A stretch of 64,000 bases of DNA from an uncultured Candidatus Saccharibacteria bacterium (GTDB lineage: Bacteria; Patescibacteriota; Saccharimonadia; Saccharimonadales; JALRHH01), in NCBI GenBank assembly GCA_964559915.1, contig CAZLJP010000003.1, positions 17,870 through 81,869 on the forward strand, read 5' to 3'. A model generated the notes under the pieces. The model worked only from the letters and a program-made list of their open reading frames with translations. It ran no database searches and was not told the DNA's origin. Shown in pieces: positions 8,588 to 19,185 of this stretch (the first letter of the stretch is position 1; each line of letters opens with the position of its first letter). The translations under genes and the position numbers were made by a program.

Positions 8588-9253
8588 ATGCCGCGCAAAA
8601 CCAATAACTACACCAAAACAGTGCTCAACCCCACCTTCCAGTCGCTTATGGCCCTGGGGTTGTTTGCTATAGCCGCCGTTGCGGCTCAGGCGCCAGAGAT
8701 TGCAGGGTGGGAAGCTCACTTGTTCTACATGGTCTATGACTTGCCGCGGACGCTTTACCCATTATTCTATCTGATTACGCAGGCCGGCAGTGTGCTTGTT
8801 TTGGGTGGTTTACTACTTCTATATCTTTATAAAAGACACTATCACATCGTACTACGCTTACTAATGACCGGAACGCTGGCTTATCTATTGGCGGGGATTG
8901 CCAAGAGTTTATGGGGCAGAGCGCGGCCATTTGATTTGCTAGACAATGTAACCATTCTGGACGTTATCCAGGGGCCAGGGTTCCCTTCTGGTCACACTGC
9001 GCTGGCAACTGCGCTGGCGCTGACTATGGGCCATTATCTGATTAAGCAGAAGTATTATTGGATTCCAGTGGTATGGATAGTTGGCGTGGGTCTTTCACGG
9101 CTGTACCTAGGAGCTCACCTGCCACTTGATATTATTGGTGGCTTTGCCGTAGGCTGGTTGTCATATGCGCTGTTTAGACATGTACGTATATATGACATTT
9201 CTACTCCGAAAAAATCCAAACAAAAGGCTGTCGGCATAAAGTTCAAGCCGTAG
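8588..9253 (+). CDS. PAP2-family phosphatase
   Basis: PAP2 motifs KSLWGRARP, PSGH and SRLYLGAHLPLD within a polytopic membrane protein. Confidence 0.8.
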   Translation: MPRKTNNYTKTVLNPTFQSLMALGLFAIAAVAAQAPEIAGWEAHLFYMVYDLPRTLYPLFYLITQAGSVLVLGGLLLLYLYKRHYHIVLRLLMTGTLAYLLAGIAKSLWGRARPFDLLDNVTILDVIQGPGFPSGHTALATALALTMGHYLIKQKYYWIPVVWIVGVGLSRLYLGAHLPLDIIGGFAVGWLSYALFRHVRIYDISTPKKSKQKAVGIKFKP

Positions 9254-9258
9254 CAAAG

Positions 9259-9858
9259 CTACTGCTTTTTGAGCACGACTTCGAACCATTTGTAGCCGTC
9301 AATGGTGTCGTATAACTCCTGGACTTTTTTGAGACCTGTAGGTGAATAGTGATGAATAATGTCAGGGTTATAGTAGTGTATTTGGCGGACACCGTAACTA
9401 TCTTTGCGAACTTCTTCGCGGTAGTAATCATCATAATTAGAGGATATATACAGTACTCCTCCATCGCGTAGGTTATCGTAAATATTCTTGAGCACCATGC
9501 CTAAATCGCCCGGCGCAATGTGGCGAAAACTAGCAAACGCAAATACCACATCATAGGGTCCTTGGTATCTATATGTCACTGCGTCAGCCACCTCAAAATT
9601 GCCCAGCGGCACCTTTTGGCGCGCTAGTTCTATCATTTGCGGCGAGGTATCAATCCCCGTGTAATACGGGGTGTGGCGCAAAATAGCCTGGGCATCACGA
9701 CCATTGCCGCAGCCAATCTCAAGTACGCGGGCATTCTCGGGGCTGCCGGCTATGGTAAATGCCAAACTAACATCACCGCCTCGCTCGCCAATCTCATCAT
9801 AGTGCTGGCCGAGTGGACCAGCCGAATTACTGTATGTATCACGTGTTCTTTGCTGCAT
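9259..9858 (-). CDS. SAM-dependent methyltransferase
   Basis: VLEIGCGNGRDA motif I. 199 aa. Confidence 0.8.
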   Translation of the reverse strand: MQQRTRDTYSNSAGPLGQHYDEIGERGGDVSLAFTIAGSPENARVLEIGCGNGRDAQAILRHTPYYTGIDTSPQMIELARQKVPLGNFEVADAVTYRYQGPYDVVFAFASFRHIAPGDLGMVLKNIYDNLRDGGVLYISSNYDDYYREEVRKDSYGVRQIHYYNPDIIHHYSPTGLKKVQELYDTIDGYKWFEVVLKKQ

Positions 9859-9936
9859 TGCATGCCTCGATATGACACTTAAAAGTGATACGTCTCATTA
9901 TAGACCTCTTGGCAAGGGCCTAGTAATCTACTCCTT

Positions 9937-10143
9937 CTACCGTATTCTTATATGGGCTCTCTGCATTACGAGACGACCACACAAATCAACATGTTTCAAA
10001 ATCACGTCGCCAGGCCCAGGCTTAATCTCAGCCCGTGGCTCTGCAATGGTGGGCGCATCATACATCTCTTCTAGTTTTGCGATTTCTGCATCTTTGTATC
10101 GGTCGTCGCCTGCTTCTGGTTGAAGCGTTTCAGCTAGTGCCAC
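9937..10143 (-). CDS. Doubtful small ORF (68 aa, GTG start)
   Basis: Only an ORF in a 400-nt gap. Weak SD and no motif. Confidence 0.2.
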   Translation of the reverse strand: MALAETLQPEAGDDRYKDAEIAKLEEMYDAPTIAEPRAEIKPGPGDVILKHVDLCGRLVMQRAHIRIR

Positions 10144-10257
10144 GGCGGCTCACTTTCTGACATCAAGTAGATTATTACTAATCAAAATAGGAGTTCCCAC
10201 TTGTGCTAGCCCATTATGTCAAAGCATGGGCATGTTGAGCAGTAATAATCCTTACAC

Positions 10258-10572
10258 TTATTCTGTACGTTCTAAGAATACTCTAGGAGCGAATCCACCA
10301 CGTTCTTGTAGTTTTTTGAGCCGTGCTGCCTCAACCTTTTCAGGACCATACAATTCTTCAAGTTCTAATACCGCTTGCTTTAAGTCTGCAAGTTCCTCAA
10401 CCTTCTCTTCTGTAGTCTGGGCTTCAACAAGTTCGCTTGCTTCTTCTAGTGGCTTTTTAAGTAGTTCTGTTTCATATTCTTCATTACCAAGTATACGAGT
10501 AATTGGGACTTCCCCGTTGGCTCTAATAATATCTGGGATATTGCCTCTGACAAGCTTGTTATATTCAGGCAT
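10258..10572 (-). CDS. MazG-like nucleoside triphosphate pyrophosphohydrolase (small all-alpha type)
   Basis: YNKLVRGNIPDII N-terminus and acidic helices typical of small MazG/PRA-PH-like proteins. 1-nt overlap with the polA stop. Confidence 0.65.
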   Translation of the reverse strand: MPEYNKLVRGNIPDIIRANGEVPITRILGNEEYETELLKKPLEEASELVEAQTTEEKVEELADLKQAVLELEELYGPEKVEAARLKKLQERGGFAPRVFLERTE

Positions 10573-13232
10573 TACAGTTCACCCCAGTTTTTGCCGATGG
10601 TTGTGTCGACAGTGAGTTTTACGGGTAGTTCGTGCACCGATTCCATCACGTTCTTCAGCATGGCGGCGATAGTTTCTGCCTCACTTTCAGGGCATTCAAC
10701 CAATATTGAATCGTGGATTTGTAGCAATTGCTTGGCACGTCCGCCTGCTAACTTTTCATCCAATGTGACCATGGCAAGTTTCATAAGATCTGCTTCTGTG
10801 CCCTGAATTGGCATATTAATTGCTGCTCGTTCGGCGGCTTGGCGCACAATAAAATTAGCCGAATTAACATCGGGTGTGGGGCGGCGACGACCAAACAGTG
10901 TCTCTACATAGCCGTCCTTGTGTGCTTTTTCTTTGAGACTATTCATGTAATCAAGCAGTGGTTTGCGCAGCTCAAAATACTTATCAATAAAGTGTTTGGC
11001 AGCTACAAAATCCATACCTGTTGCAGCACTTAGTCCATGTGGGCTCATCCCATACAGCACTCCAAAATTAATAACCTTAGCGTCGCGTCGCATCTGTTTA
11101 GTGACTTCGTCTGGCTGGCGGTTATAGACCTGTGCGGCCGTAGCAGTATGAATATCTGCGCCATTATTGAACATTTCCATAAGCTCGGTGTCGTTTGCCA
11201 AGTAAGCTGCGAGGCGCAGTTCAAACTGGCTGTAATCAGCACTAACGAGCACATTACCCTTGCCGGCTACAAAAGCCGTGCGGATATGTTTGCCTAAGTC
11301 TGTTCTGACAGGAATGTTCTGAAGATTAGGGTCATTGCTGCTTAGACGGCCAGTCTGGGCAACCGTCATAGCAAAGGTGGTGTGCAATCGTGAATGCTCA
11401 TCTACCATTGTTGGTAGTGTGTCGACATAGGTACTCTTGAGCTTAGTGAGCTCACGGTAGTGAGTAATAAGGTCGATAATTGGGTGAGCTGCACGGAGTT
11501 TATCCAGCTCGTTGGCTGCGGTAGAATAGCCGGTCTTACCCTTTTTAACACCTTGCGTTGGCAGACCAAGTTTTACAAACAACACCTCGGCTAGTTGTGC
11601 CGGACTGCTGATATTAAACTCGTCGTCGGCATGGCCATATATCTGTTGCTCTACATCGCTAATTTGTTCTTCGAGCTGGCCAGACATCTTGTTCAGGTAA
11701 TCGGTATCAAGTTTTATGCCCTCGTACTCCATACGTGCGAGCACAGCAATGACTGGCCATTCAATCGTCCGAGCCAGCTCGGCAACCTTGGGCATTGCAG
11801 CCAAATCTTTGGTCTGCTTAGCGGCTATTTGACGAATAACTTGGGCCAGTTCTGGAGCGTGCGTCACAAGTTGTTCTGGGTCGAGGTCATCCAGGTTGCC
11901 TTCATAGCCAAGCTCCGTAAAAGCTAGTTCGCTGAGTGACAAATCCTTGCGTAGAGCATTAATCAAAAAAGCACCGATTTGCGTGTCATGTGCCACTCCC
12001 TGCACATCAACGCCCAGCTCATAACAGATTTGCAGTGTGTTCTTGATATCATGACCGACCTTGCCAATAGTGGGATTTATTAGTGCATCCTTCAATGTTT
12101 CAACAACTTTTGATGCAGACAATGTGTTCAGCTGCAATGTATACAGTTCGTCCTCATTTGGGCTGAGTAACAATGTTTCAGGCCCACGACCGTGCCTACC
12201 AGCAGCCCTGCCGTAGAGCACCACTTGGCGTGATTTTTTGAGGCCATCAGCTACGACCGAGAGCTGATTATCGCTACTAATGATGGTGTTTTTGGGCAGT
12301 GTCCCTAGCTGAAAATCATCATTCTGAGGCGAACCGGCAGCATCTGTCATAATCATGACTTCCGGTAGTTGTCTGACAAGGGTACGGAATTCAAATTTCT
12401 GTAATAAATCGCGGATTTTCTCTGGCTCGCATTTGTTGACGTCCAGAGCTTTGCGGTCAAGCGTTACGGGCGCATCAGTCCATATGGCAGCAATTTGTTT
12501 GCTCAGGTAGGCTGAGTCTTTACCGGCTTCGAGCTTTTTGCGCGTACCGTCTTTTATTAGCGCCAGGTTTTCATAGACACCGTCTAGCGTTTCATACAAT
12601 TTAAGTAACTCGATGGCGCCCTTCTCGCCCACTCCGGGTACACCTGGTATATTATCGGAGCTATCGCCCATTAATGACTTGAGGTCTAGGAATTGGTCCG
12701 GACGAATGCCATACTTGGCAGTAAAGCTTTCGGGGCTATACAGCTCGATGTTACTCAAACCCTTCTTCAGCGCATACACGTGCACGAGCGGGTCAATCAA
12801 CTGCAACATATCCATGTCAGAGGTGACGAGTAGCGTTTCAATGTCTTCTTTGGTAGCCTGGACAGCCAAAGTGCCCATAATATCGTCGGCCTCGTAGTCA
12901 TCAAACTCATATAATGGCCAGCCAAATGCACCTAGTAGCTCATGGAGCATGGGAATCTGAGTATAAAAATCAGCTGGCGCAGGTTTGCGGCCAGCCTTAT
13001 ATGCTGGATAAAGTTCTAAGCGTCGGCGAATATTAGTTTTGGGCTTATCCCAGGCAACACAAACATAATCTGGCTTGAGCTTCTTGATGACCTCAAGTGC
13101 CATAACTGCAAAGCCATATACACCACCAGTTGCCACACCGTCACGCGTGGCCAAATTAGGCATTGCGTAATAGCCTCTATAGAACACTGATTTACCGTCA
13201 ATAACAACTAGTCTCTTGCGCTTCTCAGCCAT
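10572..13232 (-). CDS. polA: DNA polymerase I
   Basis: 886 aa with 5'-nuclease N-terminus, motif A DYSQFELR, motif B RRDAKVINFGVLYGMS and motif C QIHDSILVE. Confidence 0.95.
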   Translation of the reverse strand: MAEKRKRLVVIDGKSVFYRGYYAMPNLATRDGVATGGVYGFAVMALEVIKKLKPDYVCVAWDKPKTNIRRRLELYPAYKAGRKPAPADFYTQIPMLHELLGAFGWPLYEFDDYEADDIMGTLAVQATKEDIETLLVTSDMDMLQLIDPLVHVYALKKGLSNIELYSPESFTAKYGIRPDQFLDLKSLMGDSSDNIPGVPGVGEKGAIELLKLYETLDGVYENLALIKDGTRKKLEAGKDSAYLSKQIAAIWTDAPVTLDRKALDVNKCEPEKIRDLLQKFEFRTLVRQLPEVMIMTDAAGSPQNDDFQLGTLPKNTIISSDNQLSVVADGLKKSRQVVLYGRAAGRHGRGPETLLLSPNEDELYTLQLNTLSASKVVETLKDALINPTIGKVGHDIKNTLQICYELGVDVQGVAHDTQIGAFLINALRKDLSLSELAFTELGYEGNLDDLDPEQLVTHAPELAQVIRQIAAKQTKDLAAMPKVAELARTIEWPVIAVLARMEYEGIKLDTDYLNKMSGQLEEQISDVEQQIYGHADDEFNISSPAQLAEVLFVKLGLPTQGVKKGKTGYSTAANELDKLRAAHPIIDLITHYRELTKLKSTYVDTLPTMVDEHSRLHTTFAMTVAQTGRLSSNDPNLQNIPVRTDLGKHIRTAFVAGKGNVLVSADYSQFELRLAAYLANDTELMEMFNNGADIHTATAAQVYNRQPDEVTKQMRRDAKVINFGVLYGMSPHGLSAATGMDFVAAKHFIDKYFELRKPLLDYMNSLKEKAHKDGYVETLFGRRRPTPDVNSANFIVRQAAERAAINMPIQGTEADLMKLAMVTLDEKLAGGRAKQLLQIHDSILVECPESEAETIAAMLKNVMESVHELPVKLTVDTTIGKNWGEL

Positions 13233-13277
13233 ACAGATAGTATACGCTGTTAAGTGGGCTTAAAGAAAACGCTCGTG

Positions 13278-13538
13278 CTAGCTTGCTGACTCCATTACAA
13301 CTGCACCGGCCCATGGTGCCACTTGGTTTCTTCGAATTTTGATGCGTTCACTTTCGGATAAGCCACCCCAAACACCAAAATTTAAGTTTTCGTCGAGCGA
13401 GTAATTAAGACATTCTGATTGAACAGGACATAGTCTGTTGCATATTTCTGTCGCTTCTTTGATTTCGTATTGGCTAAAGAACAGTTCTGGGTCTTCATTA
13501 TTGCAAGCAGCATCTGCCATCCAGTCAAGATTTGCCAT
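13278..13538 (-). CDS. WhiB-like (Wbl) Fe-S transcription factor
   Basis: AAC..DPELFF..ICNRLCPVQSEC..GVWGGLSESER. Four Cys and the GVWGG turn match Wbl proteins, with C-x3-C rather than the usual C-x2-C. Confidence 0.8.
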   Translation of the reverse strand: MANLDWMADAACNNEDPELFFSQYEIKEATEICNRLCPVQSECLNYSLDENLNFGVWGGLSESERIKIRRNQVAPWAGAVVMESAS

Positions 13539-13545
13539 GGCTATA

Positions 13546-14649
13546 TTACGCCTTTCTCTTGACTAAGTACTTGGCAAGGGCTGACAAGAAATCAACGCTC
13601 TTACTGTTCCAATGCGTGTGGTGTGCGAGTGAGCTTAATGCTTTCTCGACATGCACTGTGGCTGCTGCTTGAGCGTGCTCTAGAGCACCTGATGTTGCTA
13701 TAACTGTTTTGACTCGCTCAAATTCAACAGGGGTAATATTGGCATTGCCGAGCATTTGAACCAAGAAATTCTTGTTATCATTCGTGGTGTGTTCCAGCGC
13801 ATAGGCAATGATTAATGTCCGCTTGCCTTCACGAATGTCATCCATCGGGCTCTTACCGCTCTCGAACTCACTACCAAAGGTGCCGATAATATCATCTGTT
13901 ATTTGGAACGCCTTACCTGCATGATTGGCATAGTCCGTGATACCTGCAATTGTTTGCACATCTGCGCCAGCCAATGTCATACCAACGGACAATGGGTTAA
14001 AGAAGGTGTAGTACGCTGTTTTCCATTCCAGCACGCGCTCAATATCCTGGGCTGACACCTCGGCGACAACTTCATTAATAATGTCATTCGTTTGACCATG
14101 GGCAGTTATTACCATGGCCTTGTTAATAATCTGGATGGTTTTTAGGCGAAGCTCGGCATCCACATCAAGATGTGCCAGTACCTGCTGTGCGGCGTGTGCG
14201 CCACCAAGCGCTGCGTTGAGCGCAATTGAGGCGCCAAAGTGTTCGCCGTCACCAGCCAGCTCATTACGCTGATGATAGCGAGCCAGTAGACGGTGAGCTG
14301 TTGGGCCACCACGACGTATTGCTGAGCGGTCCTGGAAATCATCAACGATTAAGATATAAGCATGGAGCATCTCAACCGCCCGTGCAGCCTGCAGAATCAT
14401 CTCTGAGTCTTTGCCGCCAGCCATTTCATAGCCGACCATAACCAGCGACCCGCGGACACGCTTGCCGCCGCGCTTTAAAATTTGTAGATAGGCGTCAGTT
14501 TCGAGACGCGCATTAGCGCCAAAAGTCTGGAATGTTTCACGCTCGAGCTTTTGTGCATAGGCCTCGATATCAGTATCTATCAGCTGCTTATACGCGCCTA
14601 GTTGTGTCAAAAAAGTGTTCGATTTGGTTGTGTCAGTAGTCTTGGACAT
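13546..14649 (-). CDS. Polyprenyl diphosphate synthase (trans-isoprenyl, GGPP/longer)
   Basis: Two Asp-rich motifs, LIVDDFQDRS and ITDDIIG. Confidence 0.85.
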   Translation of the reverse strand: MSKTTDTTKSNTFLTQLGAYKQLIDTDIEAYAQKLERETFQTFGANARLETDAYLQILKRGGKRVRGSLVMVGYEMAGGKDSEMILQAARAVEMLHAYILIVDDFQDRSAIRRGGPTAHRLLARYHQRNELAGDGEHFGASIALNAALGGAHAAQQVLAHLDVDAELRLKTIQIINKAMVITAHGQTNDIINEVVAEVSAQDIERVLEWKTAYYTFFNPLSVGMTLAGADVQTIAGITDYANHAGKAFQITDDIIGTFGSEFESGKSPMDDIREGKRTLIIAYALEHTTNDNKNFLVQMLGNANITPVEFERVKTVIATSGALEHAQAAATVHVEKALSSLAHHTHWNSKSVDFLSALAKYLVKRKA

Positions 14650-14677
14650 TACTACAGTATATCAATCCTGATACAAT

Positions 14678-15283
14678 TTAGGATAGTTGGTCAACAAGCT
14701 GGTGTGCAGCTGACTCGAATTCCTCTAGAGTAGAAAAATTGTTTTCGAAGGTATCCGTGGCGTGCTCTTTTACGTACGCGACATTCATCTGAATCTCTGC
14801 TGGCATATCAGGGCGTGGCTGCCACTGGAGTGCCTCTTGTGCCACAAAATCCTCAAGCCCAACCGCAACTTCCCCTTCACGCATGTGTTTGAGGTTTCTT
14901 TCGTGACGAACCATATCTTCGGCTTCAACCCAGATAAGTTTGCCAGCGTGCTCGGCGATAAAATCAACTTCTATGGGCGCTCGAATGCTAAAAACAACAA
15001 GGCCTTTATAGGGCGCATTCTTGAGAGCATTACGATACTGGTCTAAAGCAATTTTAAGCGCAAAGTCAGCACCCTTTTCCTGGCGCAGATGGTTGGAAGT
15101 TTCGGTCATATTTGCTATTGAAATAGGGTCTGGCGTGTCAGCATGACGCTCACGGGAAACATTGCGTACGATGTCACCGAGTGACACACCATAGTAGCCT
15201 CGTTCGATAAACAATGCCGCCAGTGAATCCTTGCCACTTCGCGGCAAACCACCAATCCCCACAATATGAATATTCTGCTCCAT
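14678..15283 (-). CDS. P-loop nucleotide kinase-like protein
   Basis: GIGGLPRSGKDS Walker A near the N-terminus. 201 aa. Substrate not inferable. Confidence 0.55.
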   Translation of the reverse strand: MEQNIHIVGIGGLPRSGKDSLAALFIERGYYGVSLGDIVRNVSRERHADTPDPISIANMTETSNHLRQEKGADFALKIALDQYRNALKNAPYKGLVVFSIRAPIEVDFIAEHAGKLIWVEAEDMVRHERNLKHMREGEVAVGLEDFVAQEALQWQPRPDMPAEIQMNVAYVKEHATDTFENNFSTLEEFESAAHQLVDQLS

Positions 15284-15285
15284 GG

Positions 15286-16413
15286 CTACTTAATGTAATC
15301 GTGGAGTTTTTTGCTGTCTTTGTGCTTGCGAAGCTTGGCTAATGCCTTGGCTTCAATTTGGCGAATACGTTCACGCGTGACAGAAAATTCTTGACCCACC
15401 TCTTCAAGCGTGTGACTTTTGCCATCTTCAAGACCGAATCGGAGTTTAAGAATCTTCTGCTCTCGCTCTGTGAGGGCGCCAAGCATCTCTTTAACATGCT
15501 CTTTCAGAAGCTGGCCAGTGGCCGACTCTTCGGGAGAGATAGTATCTTCGTCTTCGATAAAGTCTGCTAGGACCGAGTCTTCTTCATCGTCACGTACTGA
15601 AGCGTCAAGTGAACTAATGTCCTGCTTAATCTTCATGATGTGCTCGACCTTCTCTACTTCAATCTCCATTTCTTTGGCGATTTCTTCGTTGGTAGGCTCT
15701 CGGTTGAGTTCCTGAGTCAGACGACGCTGAGTACGAAGCAACTTGTTGATTGTTTCAACCATGTGTACCGGAATACGAATGGTTCGTGCCTGGTCAGCAA
15801 TAGCACGTGTAATCGCCTGGCGGATCCACCAAGTAGCGTAGGTACTAAATTTGAAGCCCTTGTCTGGGTCAAACTTCTCAACAGCACGAAGTAAACCGGT
15901 GTTACCTTCCTGAATCAAGTCCAGCAGGTCCAAGCCACGGCCAACATAGCGTTTAGCAATCGAAACCACCAGACGCATATTGGCTTCCGCCATTTTGTCC
16001 TTAGCACGTTTGTCTCCAGCTACTACTTTGTGGGCAAGTTCTAGCTCTTCTTCGGCATTTAACAGCGGGATTTTACCAATTTCGCGCAGGTATAGACGGA
16101 CTGAGTCATCGGCAATATCGTCCATGTAGACTTTTTCGTCCAGGACGATTTCTTCTTCTGGGTCTTCTTCTGCGACCCACTCGTCACTCAGCACTACAGC
16201 CGGTACTTCTTCGGTCTCTTCGGCATCAACGGTGATTTCAACGTTGAGTTCAGCTAGTTCACTGTACAGACCGTCCAGCAATTCACTGTTTTCTGGCACA
16301 TCAGCAATAACTGCAAAGATATCCTGTTGTGAGATTTTACTGGCCTTTTTGGCCTTTTTTAGCAGATCTTTCTTGGCGTCTTCTAGTGGTGATTTATCGT
16401 CTTTTTTTGCCAT
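15286..16413 (-). CDS. rpoD: Primary-type sigma-70 factor
   Basis: Region 2 [14 protein letters not shown], region 4.2 [24 protein letters not shown], acidic N-terminal region. Confidence 0.9.
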   Translation of the reverse strand: MAKKDDKSPLEDAKKDLLKKAKKASKISQQDIFAVIADVPENSELLDGLYSELAELNVEITVDAEETEEVPAVVLSDEWVAEEDPEEEIVLDEKVYMDDIADDSVRLYLREIGKIPLLNAEEELELAHKVVAGDKRAKDKMAEANMRLVVSIAKRYVGRGLDLLDLIQEGNTGLLRAVEKFDPDKGFKFSTYATWWIRQAITRAIADQARTIRIPVHMVETINKLLRTQRRLTQELNREPTNEEIAKEMEIEVEKVEHIMKIKQDISSLDASVRDDEEDSVLADFIEDEDTISPEESATGQLLKEHVKEMLGALTEREQKILKLRFGLEDGKSHTLEEVGQEFSVTRERIRQIEAKALAKLRKHKDSKKLHDYIK

Positions 16414-16436
16414 GTATACTCCTTGGTTAGCGGCAG

Positions 16437-18173
16437 CTACATCAGCTGCCTTAAGCGTTCGTCCAAATCCTTAGCCTGATTAAGCAGGCTGACTGATGAT
16501 GCCTCGTCAGATGTTTGGAGGGCCAACGCAATTTCTACTTTTTTAGTTTTTATATATTGTTCTGTGAGACGGTTCTGTAGTCGCTTGGCCTCCTGGCCTA
16601 AGTCAACATCGTCCTGATCTTGGTACAACGTTTCGTACTGTAATGACACTATTTTAATATATTCGGCTATTTTTTTCAATGCACCGGTGTTTGGAATCTT
16701 GCCGTCAAAGTCGGGATGCGCCTGTAGATAAGCCAGCAGCATCCTGCCTTGCTCTTCTGGCAATACGTCTGCGGCAAGCCCCTGTACCATTGGCCGTAGC
16801 GACGGTCGCATCAGTGCTAGTGACAATAATTGGTCTTGTAACTTCTTGCGTTCGAGCTTATATGGGTCTACTGTTTCGACTTGGTGTGTTGTTTTGCGCA
16901 GCTTTTGGCCTGTTGGGGCTTGGCGCAGTTTGCTGGTAATGGCGTCTGGACTGACATGTAGTAGCTGCGCAACTTTTTGTACATAGTGATCTTGTTCAAC
17001 ACTATCAGTCAGTTGGCGTACCACAGTAATAATGGCATCACTAAAGGTGCGTTTGTCTGGTGCTTTATCCAAGTCCAGCTGCTGGGCATAGCGATTAATC
17101 AGCCAATCGATAGCATACTCGTTATTAGCGATTGCCTGCTCCCACAATTTGGGGTCTTTTTGAATGAGCTCGTCGGGATCTTTTCCGGACGGGATGGTTA
17201 CCATGCTCAACCGCACCCCCACCTTGCTAGCAATCGGTATGGCACGCTCGGTGGCGTTGAGCCCTGCCTGGTCTTCATCGAATGCCAGGCGAATATCACC
17301 AGTAAAGCGGCTAATACCCTTGAGATGTTGCTCTGTTAGTGCTGTGCCAGCGGTGGCGACAACGTTTGTGATACCGGCCTGATGGCTGGCAATCACATCC
17401 AGGTTTCCTTCTACTAATACAGCAAACTTCTGTTTGCGTAGCCCGTCTTTGGCTAGATGCAGGCCATAAATATGACGTGATTTATCGTAGAGTAAGGTTT
17501 GAGGTGTGTTCAGATACTTGGGCCCATTGTCATCTGCTTCTAGCTGCCTAGCCGTAAAGCCCACTACTCTGCCTTGCTGGTCTTGCAGCGGCACCATCAG
17601 TCGGCCACGGAACATGTCGCCACCATAACGATTAGTTAGGCCAGCCTTGGCAATTTCTTGCTTAGTAAAACCTTGTTTTGTCAGGTAGTCCACCAATGCG
17701 TTGCCGTTATTTGGTGCATAGCCCAGGCGGAACGCTAATGCCGTTTCTTTGCTATAGTTACGCTGTTTGAGCACGTATTCCAGAGCTGTTTTGCTATGGC
17801 TAAATTGCACTTGATAAAACTTGGCTGCTTGTTCGTTGGCGCTATAGAGTCGCTCTTTGAGCTGCGCATTGCCGCTACCGCCGCTACCGCGGAATTGCTC
17901 CAAATCCACACTGGCTTTTCTGGCTAACAGCTCTAGGGCTTCTTTAAATTCCAAGCCCTCCATTTCCATCACAAAGCTGAACATATTACCGCCCTTGCCT
18001 GATGAAAAATCATGCCAGATACCTTTTTCGGGACTGACCATAAAGCTTGGCGTTTTCTCTGCAGAGAATGGACTCAGACCCTTAAAATTACGCCCCGAAC
18101 GCTTCAGCTGAACATATTCGCTGATAACATCCTCAATGTTGAGCCGGGACTTAATCTCCTCTACTGCATCCAT
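16437..18173 (-). CDS. dnaG: DNA primase
   Basis: EKTPSF motif, TOPRIM EGNLDV and DxD region. All four zinc-ribbon ligand positions are substituted (see findings). Confidence 0.9.
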   Translation of the reverse strand: MDAVEEIKSRLNIEDVISEYVQLKRSGRNFKGLSPFSAEKTPSFMVSPEKGIWHDFSSGKGGNMFSFVMEMEGLEFKEALELLARKASVDLEQFRGSGGSGNAQLKERLYSANEQAAKFYQVQFSHSKTALEYVLKQRNYSKETALAFRLGYAPNNGNALVDYLTKQGFTKQEIAKAGLTNRYGGDMFRGRLMVPLQDQQGRVVGFTARQLEADDNGPKYLNTPQTLLYDKSRHIYGLHLAKDGLRKQKFAVLVEGNLDVIASHQAGITNVVATAGTALTEQHLKGISRFTGDIRLAFDEDQAGLNATERAIPIASKVGVRLSMVTIPSGKDPDELIQKDPKLWEQAIANNEYAIDWLINRYAQQLDLDKAPDKRTFSDAIITVVRQLTDSVEQDHYVQKVAQLLHVSPDAITSKLRQAPTGQKLRKTTHQVETVDPYKLERKKLQDQLLSLALMRPSLRPMVQGLAADVLPEEQGRMLLAYLQAHPDFDGKIPNTGALKKIAEYIKIVSLQYETLYQDQDDVDLGQEAKRLQNRLTEQYIKTKKVEIALALQTSDEASSVSLLNQAKDLDERLRQLM

Positions 18174-18234
18174 ATCTGTTATAAGTATGTGCTACTTCGG
18201 TAAAAGAGACAAGCAGTAGCAAGAAGTTAGTGTT

Positions 18235-18837
18235 ATGCGTCTTGTGTCGCCTCATAGTACAATAATGCTTATGCAACCCCAGAACCCTTATGACTTTATG
18301 CACGCCGGCCAAATATCACGCAACGGTGGTTCAAAAAAGACCCGTATACTGATAGTGGCTGGTGGTGCAACGGTACTACTTATTGTTGCACTCATTTTTA
18401 TATCTATTCTCGGTTCAGCTGGCAAGGCAGACAAACAAAGTCTTATTACTTTAGCGCAACAACAAACAGAACTTATTCGCGTTAGTAAGCTCGGCCAAGA
18501 ACGAGCCAAAGATAGCTCGGCCAAGAACCTCGCTGTGACTGTTGGCGTATCACTTCAATCAGACCAAACGGCGCTTCAGGGCATACTCAAAAGCCAACAT
18601 ATCAAGCTGAGCGCGAAGGAACTTGCGGCAGGCAAAAAGCAAGAGACCGATTCCCTGCTTAACAACGCCGAGCAAACTAACAAGTTTGATGCCGTCTTCA
18701 TCCAAACCATACAATTACAACTCAAGAACTATCAGAAGACATTGAACGATACCTATACCAAAACCCAGAGCAAAAAGACCAAGGCGCTCTTAGAACACCA
18801 GTATAAAAACGCTCGGCTACTCGCGAACAGTAAATAA
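18235..18837 (+). CDS. Hypothetical membrane-anchored protein (200 aa)
   Basis: Single TM ILIVAGGATVLLIVALIFISIL followed by a polar helical domain. Confidence 0.5.
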   Translation: MRLVSPHSTIMLMQPQNPYDFMHAGQISRNGGSKKTRILIVAGGATVLLIVALIFISILGSAGKADKQSLITLAQQQTELIRVSKLGQERAKDSSAKNLAVTVGVSLQSDQTALQGILKSQHIKLSAKELAAGKKQETDSLLNNAEQTNKFDAVFIQTIQLQLKNYQKTLNDTYTKTQSKKTKALLEHQYKNARLLANSK

Positions 18838-18840
18838 GTA

Positions 18841-19185
18841 TTAGTTCATGGTTGGCGTTATGCCATCTGTGCCAGCTACAAGATTATAGCTATGTAAGAT
18901 AAACCCTTGGATATCTTCCCAAGGCAGCTGACCACTGAGTACAATGGTATTCCAATGTTTTTTGTTCAGATGATAGCCAGGCATGACAGACTCATACTTA
19001 TCACGCAGTAGTACGCTTAACTGTGGGTCACATTTCAGACTAATACGAACCGGTTCCTTGCCTTCTGGTATGAGCGCAAACATTTTGCCATCTACCTTGT
19101 ACACCGCAACCTCTTCGCCAAACGGATAGTCCCGTTCGGCATTTGGCATACTCAAGACATACTCTTCAACCGTCTTATGATTCAT
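18841..19185 (-). CDS. MmcQ/YjbR-family protein
   Basis: YPFGEEVAVYKVDGKMFALI..LNKKHWNTI pattern. Start moved to MNHKTVEEY (19185), overlapping the orn stop by 11 nt. Confidence 0.65.
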   Translation of the reverse strand: MNHKTVEEYVLSMPNAERDYPFGEEVAVYKVDGKMFALIPEGKEPVRISLKCDPQLSVLLRDKYESVMPGYHLNKKHWNTIVLSGQLPWEDIQGFILHSYNLVAGTDGITPTMN

